Below, piece by piece: positions 45,103 through 54,090 of a DNA stretch of 64,000 nucleotides; the stretch's first letter is position 1, and every line of letters starts with the position of its first letter. The position numbers and the translations under genes were made by a program. Origin of the DNA: Thermoanaerobaculia bacterium (lineage in GTDB: Bacteria > Acidobacteriota > Thermoanaerobaculia > Multivoradales > JAGPDF01); assembly GCA_046331385.1 (NCBI GenBank), contig JAXLQW010000001.1:497596-561595 (forward strand). Direction: 5' to 3'. The notes below the pieces were generated by a model. It was not told the origin of the DNA and made no database searches. It saw nothing but the letters and a program-made list of their open reading frames with translations.

Positions 45103-48100
45103 TCAGCCCGCGTTTGCCGAAGCGGTTCCGGAGGTGGTTCTCGCGCGCGGCGGTCGGGCTCCTCGCCACGCTCGTCTGGGGCCAGGCGCCGGCTCGGGCC
45201 CAGGTGATCGTCGACAGCTTCACCACCGTCCAGTCGACTCTCAGCGCACCGCCCGACGCGAGCTCGACCGCCACCGGCGGCGCCGACATCGTCGGCACCA
45301 AGCGCGGCATCGTGCAGCACGAAGTCGCGGGCGCCGGGCCGTCGACGGTCGCGGTCGCCGCCGGCCTGTTGACCCTGACGGTACCCAACACGACCCCCGA
45401 TTCGCGCGCCGAAGCGCGGCTCTCCTGGGACGGCGACAACAGCCCGGCGGTGCTCAATCCGACCGGCCTCGGAGCCGTCAACCTGACCGCCGGCAACTCC
45501 GGCGGATTTCGCATCCGCGTCGCTTCGGCGGGCGCCGGAGCCGAGCTCGAATTCGCCGTCTACTCGACCGCCGCCAACTTCTCGCGCGCCGCCCGCCTGC
45601 TGCCGGCGATCGCCTCGTCGACCGACGTCTTCCTGTCGTTTTCGGAGTTCCGCACGGCCGGCGGCACGGGGGCCAACTTCGCCAGCGTCGGCGCCATCGA
45701 GCTCACCGTGCGCGGCAAGGAGATCGCCGTCGTCCTCGACGAGATCGTCACCAGCGCGCCGATCCTGGCGGCGACCAAGGTGGACGCGCAGACGGTCGAC
45801 GTCGACGGCGACACGCGGGTCGATCCCGGCGACCGGGTGCGCTACACGGTAACCATCACCAACACCGGAAACGACGCGCTGGCGGTCGACCTGACGGACG
45901 CGGTCGACGCCAACACCACGCTGGTCGCGGGCTCGGTGCACTCGACGCCGGTGGCGCGCAACGACCAGTACGGCTGGTTTGGGAACGTGACCTTCGCCGC
46001 CGACGGGAGCGCCGGCCGGCCCGGCCTGCTCGCCAACGACGAGGACGGCGACGGCGACACGCTCACCGTGACCTCGGTCTCGCCGACCAGCTCCCAGGGC
46101 GGCACGGTCACCCTCGACGATGCCGCGACCGGCAAGTTCACCTACGCTCCGCCGGCGGGCTTCGCCGGCGTCGATTCGTTCGGCTACACGCTGCAGGACG
46201 ACGACGGCAACAGCAAGTCGGCGACCGCCTACGTCCAGCTCAAGGGAATCGTCTGGTTCGTCGACAATGCCTGCTCGGTCGGCTGCGGTCAGGGGACCTT
46301 CTCCTCGCCGTTCACCACCCTGCCGCAGGCCGAGACCGCCTCGGGCGCCAACGACATCGTTTACGTCCGTACGGGCTCGGGGGCCTACGACACCGGTGCG
46401 GCGAACGGCTTTTCCATGGACGCCGATGAGCAGCTGCTGGGCGAAGGCGTCGCCCTGGTGCTCGACGGCACGACGATCGTGCCGGTCGGCGCGCCGCCGC
46501 TGCTCACCAACGAGGTGGCGACGGTGGGTCGGGGCGTCACCCTGGCCGCCAGCGGCACCGACACCCTCCGCGGCCTGACGATCGGCAACACCGCCGGCGC
46601 GAAGATCTTCGGCAACACCTTCGGCACCCTGGCGACCGACACCCTCACCCTGAACGGCACGGGCCAGGCGCTCGACCTGACCAACGGGGTGCTGGCGACG
46701 ACGCTCGTCGGTCTCGCGTCGTCGACCAGCGCCACGACCGGGATCTCGCTCGCGACAGTCTCGGGTTCACTGACGGTGACCGGCTCGACGGGAATCACCA
46801 ATCCCGCCGGTACCGGTATCAGCATCGCGACTTCGACCGCCGCGCTGAGCTTCGCGTCGACGAGCATCGACAAGAGCGCGAGCGCCGGAACCGGGTTGTC
46901 GATCACCGGCAGCAGCGGCACGACCGGCTTCTCGAACCTGGCGGTCACGACCAGCGCCGGTACCGGCGTTCTCGTCTCCGGCAGCCCGCTCTCCGTGGGC
47001 GGCTCGGCGAGCACGATCGCCGCCACCGGCGGCCCGGCCCTCGACCTCACCACCGTGAACCTCGGCGCCGGCGCGACCTTCGCCACTGCGAGCTCGACCG
47101 GCAGCGCCGGCAAGGGCATGAACCTCGACACCCTGACCGGCGCCCTGACCATGAACGGCGGCTCGATCAGCACGCCAACCGGCACCGCGTTCGACCTCAA
47201 CGCCGGCTCCGCCAACGTGACCTACGCCGGCTCGGTCAGCAACACGGCGAACGCGCTCCTGGTCGAGATCACCGGCCGCAGCGGCGGCACGGTGGCGCTC
47301 TCGGGCGCGCTCTCGAGCACCGGCTCGGGCAACGGCATCAGCGTGGCCAACAACACCGGCGGCACGATCAACTTCAGCAACGCCTCGAAGACGCTGACCA
47401 CCGGCGCGGATCCGGCGGTGACGCTCGCCAGCAACACCGGCGCGACGATCAACTTCAGCGGCGGCGGGCTGGCGATCACCACCACCTCGGGCGCCGGCTT
47501 CACCGCCACCGGCGGAGCGACGGCGATCACGGTCCAGGGCACCGCCAACACGATCAGCTCGACGACCGGCACGGCGCTCAACGTCGCGAATTCGACGATC
47601 GGCGCGAGCGGCTTGACCTTCCAGAGCGTCTCGGCGAACGGCGCTTCGCGCGGCATCGTGCTGAACACGACCGGTGCCTCCGGCGGGCTGACCGTGACGG
47701 GCAACGGCGGCACGTGCACCAGCGCGGATACTTCCGGCTGTTCCGGCGGGACGATTCAGGCGTCGACGGGCGCGGATGACTCGAGCCTCACGCCGGCCGG
47801 GACCGGGATCGTGCTCAACAGCACGGCGAGCGTCTCGCTCACGCGTATGTTCATCCACGACCACAGCAACTACGGAATTCGCGGCACCTCGGTGGCCGGG
47901 TTCACGCTCGATCAGAGCGTACTCGGTGGCACCAACGGCGGCCCGCTCCCGGCCAGCGCCGGTTCGCCTTTCCACGACGGCTCCATCAAGTTCGACAACC
48001 TGACCGGCTCGGCGACCATCTCGAATTCGGCGATCAGCGGCGGTTTCTCGAACAACGTGCGCGTCGACAACACCACGGGCACCCTCAACCGCATCACCTT

Positions 48101-49064
48101 TTCGGGGGATACGATCGGCGCCAATAGCACCAGCGACGGTGAAGACGGTATCCTGTTGGAGACAGAGGGCAGCGGCGGCGTGATCTTGGCAACGGTACAG
48201 AACTGCGCGTTCACATCGGCGAGAGGCGACCTGTTCAATTTCGTCAGCAACTCAACCAGCGCCACCGCAGATGATCTCGTGTTCACCGGCAACACACTCA
48301 CCAACAATCATCCGGCGATCGCCACGGGCGGCGGCGGCACGACGATCAGCAGCAACGGAGGCAAGACGTTCACCTTCAGCATGTCGGGCAACTCCTTCCG
48401 AGATGCGGTGGGCATCGGCGTGCTGGTGGTGAAATCGACCGGCTCCAGCACGCTCTCCGGAACGTTCGCCAACAATTCCATCGGCGTCGCCGCGGTCGCC
48501 AATTCCGGATCTCTCGAGGGCTCCGCGATCAAAGTGCAAAACGCCGGACTGGGCGCGGTGACGATGGCGATCACGAACAATCAGATCCGGCAGTACAACA
48601 ACTTCGGAATCGAGCTCCTGACCGGGGGCGGCGCCTCACCCCTGAGCGGCGCCCTCAACGCCACGATTACCGGGAACTCGATCACCAATCCGGGCACCAA
48701 CCCCGCCACCGCATCGATCGCGAAGAACGGGCTCCACCTGAACGGCGGCACCGTCCCAGGGGACACCTATCAGATTTGTCTCGACGCCGGCGGCGCGGGC
48801 GCGCTCCAGAACTCGCTGTCGACATCGGGGGCGCCGAGTGACGTCCCGGCGGGCGGCGAGGACATTCGGCTGCGGCAACGCCAAGCGACCACGGTTCAGC
48901 TGCGTGGCTACGGCGGGGCGAACAACGACAACACGGCGGTGCAGAACTATCTGATCGCGCGCAACTCCGGCGACGGCGCGCCGTCGGCGATCGCCTCGAA
49001 CACCGTTCCCACCGGGGGCGGATACGTGAATACCCCAGGAGGAGCCGCATGTCCCCTGCCGTAG
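45099..49064 (+). CDS. Giant secreted parallel beta-helix repeat protein with an N-terminal DUF11-like domain and a VCBS/cadherin-like domain
   Basis: GTG start at 45099 with a strong ggaggagg RBS. Signal peptide (M)ISPRLPKRFRRWFSRAAVGLLATLVWGQAPARAQ. VCBS-like segment NDEDGDGDTLTVTSVSPTSSQGGTVTLDDAATGKFTYAPPAGFAGVDSFGYTLQDDDGNS. Dozens of Gly/Thr/Ser-rich beta-helix rungs (NNQIRQYNNFGIELL, NSAISGGFSNNVRVDN). The ORF's N-terminal extension before 45099 is an artefact. Confidence 0.75.
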   Translation: MISPRLPKRFRRWFSRAAVGLLATLVWGQAPARAQVIVDSFTTVQSTLSAPPDASSTATGGADIVGTKRGIVQHEVAGAGPSTVAVAAGLLTLTVPNTTPDSRAEARLSWDGDNSPAVLNPTGLGAVNLTAGNSGGFRIRVASAGAGAELEFAVYSTAANFSRAARLLPAIASSTDVFLSFSEFRTAGGTGANFASVGAIELTVRGKEIAVVLDEIVTSAPILAATKVDAQTVDVDGDTRVDPGDRVRYTVTITNTGNDALAVDLTDAVDANTTLVAGSVHSTPVARNDQYGWFGNVTFAADGSAGRPGLLANDEDGDGDTLTVTSVSPTSSQGGTVTLDDAATGKFTYAPPAGFAGVDSFGYTLQDDDGNSKSATAYVQLKGIVWFVDNACSVGCGQGTFSSPFTTLPQAETASGANDIVYVRTGSGAYDTGAANGFSMDADEQLLGEGVALVLDGTTIVPVGAPPLLTNEVATVGRGVTLAASGTDTLRGLTIGNTAGAKIFGNTFGTLATDTLTLNGTGQALDLTNGVLATTLVGLASSTSATTGISLATVSGSLTVTGSTGITNPAGTGISIATSTAALSFASTSIDKSASAGTGLSITGSSGTTGFSNLAVTTSAGTGVLVSGSPLSVGGSASTIAATGGPALDLTTVNLGAGATFATASSTGSAGKGMNLDTLTGALTMNGGSISTPTGTAFDLNAGSANVTYAGSVSNTANALLVEITGRSGGTVALSGALSSTGSGNGISVANNTGGTINFSNASKTLTTGADPAVTLASNTGATINFSGGGLAITTTSGAGFTATGGATAITVQGTANTISSTTGTALNVANSTIGASGLTFQSVSANGASRGIVLNTTGASGGLTVTGNGGTCTSADTSGCSGGTIQASTGADDSSLTPAGTGIVLNSTASVSLTRMFIHDHSNYGIRGTSVAGFTLDQSVLGGTNGGPLPASAGSPFHDGSIKFDNLTGSATISNSAISGGFSNNVRVDNTTGTLNRITFSGDTIGANSTSDGEDGILLETEGSGGVILATVQNCAFTSARGDLFNFVSNSTSATADDLVFTGNTLTNNHPAIATGGGGTTISSNGGKTFTFSMSGNSFRDAVGIGVLVVKSTGSSTLSGTFANNSIGVAAVANSGSLEGSAIKVQNAGLGAVTMAITNNQIRQYNNFGIELLTGGGASPLSGALNATITGNSITNPGTNPATASIAKNGLHLNGGTVPGDTYQICLDAGGAGALQNSLSTSGAPSDVPAGGEDIRLRQRQATTVQLRGYGGANNDNTAVQNYLIARNSGDGAPSAIASNTVPTGGGYVNTPGGAACPLP

Positions 49065-49097
49065 TGCGGCGTAGACTAGCAGCGGAAGGGAGAGCCG

Positions 49098-49598
49098 ATG
49101 GCCGAACCATTCCTGAGTGAGATTCGACTCATGAGCTTCGGCTTCGCGCCGAAGGGCTGGGCGTTGTGCAATGGCCAGCTCCTGCCGATCAATCAGAACC
49201 AGGGCCTTTTCTCTCTCCTCGGGACGACTTTCGGAGGGGACGGAAGAGTCAACTTCGCGCTGCCCAACCTCCAGGGTCGAGTGCCGATTCACGTCGGGTC
49301 CGGGCACACTCTCGGGGAGCGCGGCGGGGAGCAAGCTCATACGCTGTCGATTTCCGAGCTGCCTACCCATACCCATGCGGTCGCCGTCTCCTCGACGGCG
49401 ACCGGCGGTAACGTGAATCCGAGCGGGCGGTTCCTGGGCGGCGGGAACAACGCCTATCACGCGCCAGCGAGCCTGACGACCATGAATCCGGCGAGCGTGG
49501 CGAATGTCGGCGGGAGCCAGGCACATCTCAACATGCAGCCGTTCCTGGCGCTCAATTTCTCCATTGCCCTCCAGGGGATCTTCCCTTCTCCCAATTAG
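49098..49598 (+). CDS. Phage tail collar domain protein (T4 gp36-like; MdpB-type), paralog 1 of 3
   Basis: N-terminus MAEPFLSEIRLMSFGFAPKGWALCNGQLLPINQNQGLFSLLGTTFGGDG..NFALPNLQGR matches the tail-collar domain signature. Confidence 0.8.
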   Translation: MAEPFLSEIRLMSFGFAPKGWALCNGQLLPINQNQGLFSLLGTTFGGDGRVNFALPNLQGRVPIHVGSGHTLGERGGEQAHTLSISELPTHTHAVAVSSTATGGNVNPSGRFLGGGNNAYHAPASLTTMNPASVANVGGSQAHLNMQPFLALNFSIALQGIFPSPN

Positions 49599-49607
49599 GA
49601 GAGAACG

Positions 49608-50111
49608 ATGGCCCAGCCCTACGTCGGGGAAATCCGCATGTTCGCCGGGAACTTCGCTCCCGCCGGATGGATGTTCTGCGAAGGCCAGCTGCTACCGATT
49701 TCCGAGAACGAGACGCTCTTTCAGCTGATCGGAACGACCTATGGCGGCGATGGAGAGAGCACTTTCGCGCTGCCTGACCTGCGCGGCCGGGTACCGATTC
49801 ACTTCGGGAACGGATTCATCCTGGCCGAAACCGGCGGAGTCGAACAGATCACTCTCACGGTGCAGCAGATTGCGGCGCATTCGCACTCGCTCCTGGCCGC
49901 GGGCACGACCGGAGATCAGGTGAGTCCGGCCAACAACCTGCCTGCGAACTCGTTCAATGTCACGCCTTACATCAATGACGTACCGAACGGCAACATGAAC
50001 GCTGCTGCGATCACGGCGGTCGGGGGCAGCCAGCCACACGACAATTTCCAGCCGTACCTCTGCGTCGACTTCATCATCTCGTTGTTCGGCATCTTTCCTT
50101 CGCCGACCTGA
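49608..50111 (+). CDS. Phage tail collar domain protein, paralog 2 of 3
   Basis: N-terminus MAQPYVGEIRMFAGNFAPAGWMFCEGQLLPISENETLFQLIGTTYGGDGESTFALPDLRGR. It begins 10 nt after paralog 1. Confidence 0.8.
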   Translation: MAQPYVGEIRMFAGNFAPAGWMFCEGQLLPISENETLFQLIGTTYGGDGESTFALPDLRGRVPIHFGNGFILAETGGVEQITLTVQQIAAHSHSLLAAGTTGDQVSPANNLPANSFNVTPYINDVPNGNMNAAAITAVGGSQPHDNFQPYLCVDFIISLFGIFPSPT

Positions 50112-50120
50112 GAGGGCGCC

Positions 50121-50642
50121 ATGGCCGATCCCTTCGTCGCCGAGATCCGCATCTTCCCGTTCAACTTCGCGCCCCGAGGCTGGGCGTGGTGCGACGGCCA
50201 GTTGATGCCGCTCTCCCAGAACACCGCTCTGTTCTCCCTGCTTGGAACGACCTACGGTGGGGACGGAAAGAGCACCTTCGGATTGCCCGATCTCCAGGGG
50301 CGGGCGCCGATGCACCCCGGTCAGGGCCCCGGCCTGTCGTTGCACGATCTCGGCGAGATTTCCGGCAGCGAGACGATCACCCTGCTCGAGAGCGAGATTC
50401 CAACCCACTCCCACCAGATGCGAGCCGACGTGGTGGATCTCGCCGACACGAACGTCGCGAGCCCCAACGCGAGCTTCGCTCTGTCGGCGGGTGGAACGTT
50501 GTACCAGGCGGCGTCGAACGCCACGGCTTCCGACCAGGCCCTCGCCCCCGCCGGCGGCGACCAGCCGCACAACAACATGCAGCCGTACCTGACGTTCTAC
50601 TTCAACATCGCGCTGCAGGGAGTCTTCCCGCCGCGGACCTGA
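50121..50642 (+). CDS. Phage tail collar domain protein, paralog 3 of 3
   Basis: N-terminus MADPFVAEIRIFPFNFAPRGWAWCDGQLMPLSQNTALFSLLGTTYGGDGKSTFGLPDLQGR. Confidence 0.8.
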   Translation: MADPFVAEIRIFPFNFAPRGWAWCDGQLMPLSQNTALFSLLGTTYGGDGKSTFGLPDLQGRAPMHPGQGPGLSLHDLGEISGSETITLLESEIPTHSHQMRADVVDLADTNVASPNASFALSAGGTLYQAASNATASDQALAPAGGDQPHNNMQPYLTFYFNIALQGVFPPRT

Positions 50643-50657
50643 GGAGGGCAACCGGTC

Positions 50658-51395
50658 ATGACGAAATCCGACTCCGGACCAACCGCGGCGCTCTCCGGGC
50701 TCGCCGGCTTCGAGCTCGACCGCCGTTCGCTGATTCTGGCGACCGGAGCGGGCGCGGCGTTGCTCTCTCTCGAGCGCACCGCCGAGGCCGCGCTGCCGGT
50801 GATCTATCCGATGTCCCTCGGCTTCGTCGAGCCGCTCGACGGCGACTCGTTGAAGACCATGCCGTGGAACACCAATCCCGAGGGCACCGCCGTCGAGCCG
50901 GCGACCAAGCTCATCTCGGGCGACCAGAACCTGGCGCTCTCGCCGGTCACGGTGCGTATCGTCGGCCTCTACCCGAGCCTGCCGTGGCCGCAGAAGAACC
51001 GGCTCAACTCGATCGACCTCGACGCCTGCTTCGAACCCGAGGACCCGCAACTGCCGAACCAGATCCCCTTCGCCGCCTGGGGATACCGCCGCCTGCCGGC
51101 GCGCAACTTGTCGCCGCCGATCCACTTCCGCATGGAGATGGGGGTCACCGACGGCTTGGCATTGAAGCTGCGGGTGCAGGACAAGTCGCTGCGCTGGCGC
51201 CAGTACGAGACCCGCTTCACCGTCGATTGGACCGCGGGCATGCCGCGGCTGATGCGCGGCATCTACCTGCTCGGTCTCGACCCCGGCACCTGGGACGACG
51301 GCGGCATGCTGCCGCCGGCGGGCTCGCCGCCGGACTACTCCCGGCGGTCGGTGATCCTCACCGTGGATCCGGTGCCGCTGATGCCGCCGGCGTGA
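50658..51395 (+). CDS. Hypothetical protein with a Tat-like signal, co-operonic with the tail-collar triplet
   Basis: N-terminus ...FELDRRSLILATGAGAALLSLERTAEAA has a twin-arginine-like n-region and an h-region. No recognisable domain. The stop overlaps the next GTG (GTGA). Confidence 0.5.
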   Translation: MTKSDSGPTAALSGLAGFELDRRSLILATGAGAALLSLERTAEAALPVIYPMSLGFVEPLDGDSLKTMPWNTNPEGTAVEPATKLISGDQNLALSPVTVRIVGLYPSLPWPQKNRLNSIDLDACFEPEDPQLPNQIPFAAWGYRRLPARNLSPPIHFRMEMGVTDGLALKLRVQDKSLRWRQYETRFTVDWTAGMPRLMRGIYLLGLDPGTWDDGGMLPPAGSPPDYSRRSVILTVDPVPLMPPA

Positions 51396-51889
51396 ACTCC
51401 GGCCCCCCGCGACCGACGCTGCGCCGCGAGGAGCCGGCCGATCGGCCGTTCGTGGCGCGGGTCTATGCCGCGACCCGCGACGAGGAGCTCTCGCAGGTCG
51501 ACTGGCCGCCGGGAGAGCGCGATCGCTTCGTCAGCCAGCAGTTCGAGGCGCAGCGGGCCTACTACCTCGAGCACTATCCGGACGCGGAGTTCTCGATCGT
51601 CGAGCTCGGCGACGAACCGGTGGGGCGCCTCTACGTCGAGCGCCGGCCGACCGAGATCCGCCTGATGGACATCTCGATTCTCCCCGCGGCGCGCGGCCGT
51701 GGCACCGGCGGAACCCTCGTGGCGCAGCTGCTCGAGGAGTCCCGACGCAGCGGCAAGCCGCTCACCATCCACGTCGAGCGCTTCAACCGCGCGCTGTCGC
51801 TCTACCAGCGCTTGGGGTTCGCCGTGAAGGAGGATCGCGGCGTCTACCTGTTCCTCGAATGGGACCCGGCGCGGGAGGCGCGTGGATGA
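51392..51889 (+). CDS. GNAT family N-acetyltransferase
   Basis: GTG start at 51392 overlaps the upstream stop. The GNAT acetyl-CoA motif is present (ILPAARGRGTGGTLVAQLLEESRR...YQRLGF). Confidence 0.65.
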   Translation: MNSGPPRPTLRREEPADRPFVARVYAATRDEELSQVDWPPGERDRFVSQQFEAQRAYYLEHYPDAEFSIVELGDEPVGRLYVERRPTEIRLMDISILPAARGRGTGGTLVAQLLEESRRSGKPLTIHVERFNRALSLYQRLGFAVKEDRGVYLFLEWDPAREARG

Positions 51890-52188
51890 GTCTCGACGTC
51901 CTGACGGTCGACGATTTCGCGCCGCACGTCGGGGAGGCGATCGATCTCGTGGTCGACGAGCGCCGGGTCGCGGCGGTCCTCGCCTCGGCGCTCCCGGTGG
52001 GCGAGGCGCCGCCGCCCGGATCGGCCCGCCGCTGGACCTTCTCGGTGGTCTTCCGCACCGCCGCCGACGTCCGCCTGCCGCAACGGATCTACGGCGTCGA
52101 GCACCCGCGCCTCGGGCGCCTCGACCTCTTCTTGGTTCCGATCCAGCCCGACGCCGCGGGCAACCTCTACGAAGCGGTCTTCAATTGA
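51886..52188 (+). CDS. Small hypothetical protein (100 aa), translationally coupled to the GNAT gene
   Basis: ATG at 51886 overlaps the GNAT stop (ATGA). Sequence MSLDVLTVDDFAPHVGEAIDLVVDERRVAAV... Confidence 0.45.
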   Translation: MSLDVLTVDDFAPHVGEAIDLVVDERRVAAVLASALPVGEAPPPGSARRWTFSVVFRTAADVRLPQRIYGVEHPRLGRLDLFLVPIQPDAAGNLYEAVFN

Positions 52189-52215
52189 CGAGAAGCGCCG
52201 CTCGCCGACTTCGCG

Positions 52216-52803
52216 CTAGGCAGAGCGACGGCGACGGAGGATGAGCAGGCTCGCGCCGAGCAGGACGAGCAGGAAGAGCGCCAGGCCGATCTGCGACAGA
52301 GTCGGGATCGCTTGGATGACGCGATGGGCGCGGATCGCACCGCCGCCACCGTTGAAAGGATCGTCGACCACTTCGATCTGCACGGTGTGCTGGCCGGAAG
52401 CGAGCTGGAACGTCGCGTGCGAGAAGGTCGGATCGGCGAAGCACCGGTCGAGGTCGTCCTGGAATCGATCGCAGCCCGCCTCGGGCGGAACCGGTGGCGT
52501 GGTGCCAATGACCTGACCGTCGACCCGCACCCGGAAGGAATCGCCGGAGCAGAAGCAGTCGGTAACGTCGATCCGATTCGGTCCGGTGGCGAAGACCGGA
52601 TCGGCGAAGATCACCGCGCCGCTCGGATTCGAGCCCCAAGCGAAGCAATACCACTGGCCGTCGGCGGCCAAATTCGGCGACTCGACGCATCCGCTCTCGC
52701 CGCGTTCGCCGCCACGGTTGACGGGGCTCTGCGCGAGGGCCGCGGCCGCGACGCTCAGCGCCACGCCACAGATCCGCAAGGTGTCGCGAAACCGGGCTTT
52801 CAT
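52216..52803 (-). CDS. Cys-rich secreted protein with an IPTL-CTERM sorting signal
   Basis: Signal peptide MKARFRDTLRICGVALSVAAAALAQ. C-terminus ...AIPTLSQIGLALFLLVLLGASLLILRRRRSA. Confidence 0.7.
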   Translation of the reverse strand: MKARFRDTLRICGVALSVAAAALAQSPVNRGGERGESGCVESPNLAADGQWYCFAWGSNPSGAVIFADPVFATGPNRIDVTDCFCSGDSFRVRVDGQVIGTTPPVPPEAGCDRFQDDLDRCFADPTFSHATFQLASGQHTVQIEVVDDPFNGGGGAIRAHRVIQAIPTLSQIGLALFLLVLLGASLLILRRRRSA

Positions 52804-52868
52804 CTCCTATCCCTCCAAGGAAGTGAGCTGTGATCCTAACCCGCCGCGGCCTGCCGTCCGGCCGGGCC

Positions 52869-54029
52869 TCAGCTGTAGTTGCCCGGATGCCCGGTCTGGA
52901 AGACCACCACCCGGTGGCCGGGCAGGATCCGGCCGGCGGCGGCGAGATCCTCGACCGCCGCGAGGGCCGCCGCGCCTTCCGGGCCGACCAGGAGCCCCTC
53001 TTGCTTCGCGACGCGCTCGATGGTCGGCTCCAGGCGCTCCTCCTCGATCGCCACCGCGGCGCCGCCGGTCGCGCGCAGCGCGGCGAGGATCAGGAAGTCG
53101 GCGATGGCGCGCGGAACGCGCAGGCCCCAGACGCGGGTGCGCGGCGCTTCCCAGGGCGCCGCGGTCTGCTCCCCGGCCGCGAAGGCGCGCACGATCGGCG
53201 CGCAGCCGGCCATCTGCACCACGGCGAAGCGCGGGCGGTCCGGGCCGATGAGTCCCAGGGCCTCGAGCTCGGCGAAAGCCTTGTGCATGCCGACGATTCC
53301 GGTGCCGCCGCCGGTCGGGTAGACGATCCAGTCCGGCAGCCGCCAGCCGAGCTGCTCGGCGAGCTCGAATCCCATCGTCTTCTTGCCCTCGACCCGGTAG
53401 GGCTCGCGTAGGGTGGAGAGGTCCCAATAGCCGAGCGGCGCCTCGGCGAGCCGCGCCCGCGATTCGACCAGGGTCGCTCCCGCGACGATCACCTCGGCGC
53501 CGTGCAGTCGGCAGCGCTCGACGATCGTCTCCGGCGTTTCGAGCGGCAGGGCGACGCGTGCCGCCAGTCGGGCCGCGGCGGCGTAAGCGCAAAGCGCCAG
53601 GGCGGCGTTGCCGGCGCTCGCGAGCTCGACGCCCGGCGCGCCGAGCTCGCGCGCGCGGTTCACCGCCAGGCTGAGCCCGCGCGCTTTGAAAGAGCCGGTG
53701 GGGTTGCCACCCTCCTCTTTGACCAGAACCTCGACTCCGTCGGGCGCCAAGCGTCGGAGCCGGACGAGGGGCGTGCCGCCCTCGCCGAGATCCACCCGGC
53801 TCGCGAAGTCGGCGATCGGCAGCAGCTCGCGGTATCTCCACAGCGTCCAGGGCCGGTTCTGGAGCGCGGCCCGGAGCGCGGCGCCGCGCTCGGCGTCGAG
53901 CTGGTAGGCGACGAGCCAGGGCGCGCCGGCGGGGGAGAGGAAGGCCGGCCGGTCGAGCGGCACGCCCACCCCGGTGCGCGAGCAGCGAAGTCCCGTGGCC
54001 CAGTGTCCGGGGCTCGCGGCGGGGGTCAT
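52869..54029 (-). CDS. thrC: Threonine synthase (PLP-dependent, fold type II)
   Basis: WRYRELLPI and the GGTPLV...NPTGSFKARG motif with its PLP-binding Lys are present. 386 aa. Confidence 0.75.
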   Translation of the reverse strand: MTPAASPGHWATGLRCSRTGVGVPLDRPAFLSPAGAPWLVAYQLDAERGAALRAALQNRPWTLWRYRELLPIADFASRVDLGEGGTPLVRLRRLAPDGVEVLVKEEGGNPTGSFKARGLSLAVNRARELGAPGVELASAGNAALALCAYAAAARLAARVALPLETPETIVERCRLHGAEVIVAGATLVESRARLAEAPLGYWDLSTLREPYRVEGKKTMGFELAEQLGWRLPDWIVYPTGGGTGIVGMHKAFAELEALGLIGPDRPRFAVVQMAGCAPIVRAFAAGEQTAAPWEAPRTRVWGLRVPRAIADFLILAALRATGGAAVAIEEERLEPTIERVAKQEGLLVGPEGAAALAAVEDLAAAGRILPGHRVVVFQTGHPGNYS

Positions 54030-54090
54030 CGGTCGCTTCTCGAGAGCATCGCTCGACCTGGATCGGAGCTGGAGGAGAGGTGGCGGTCGG

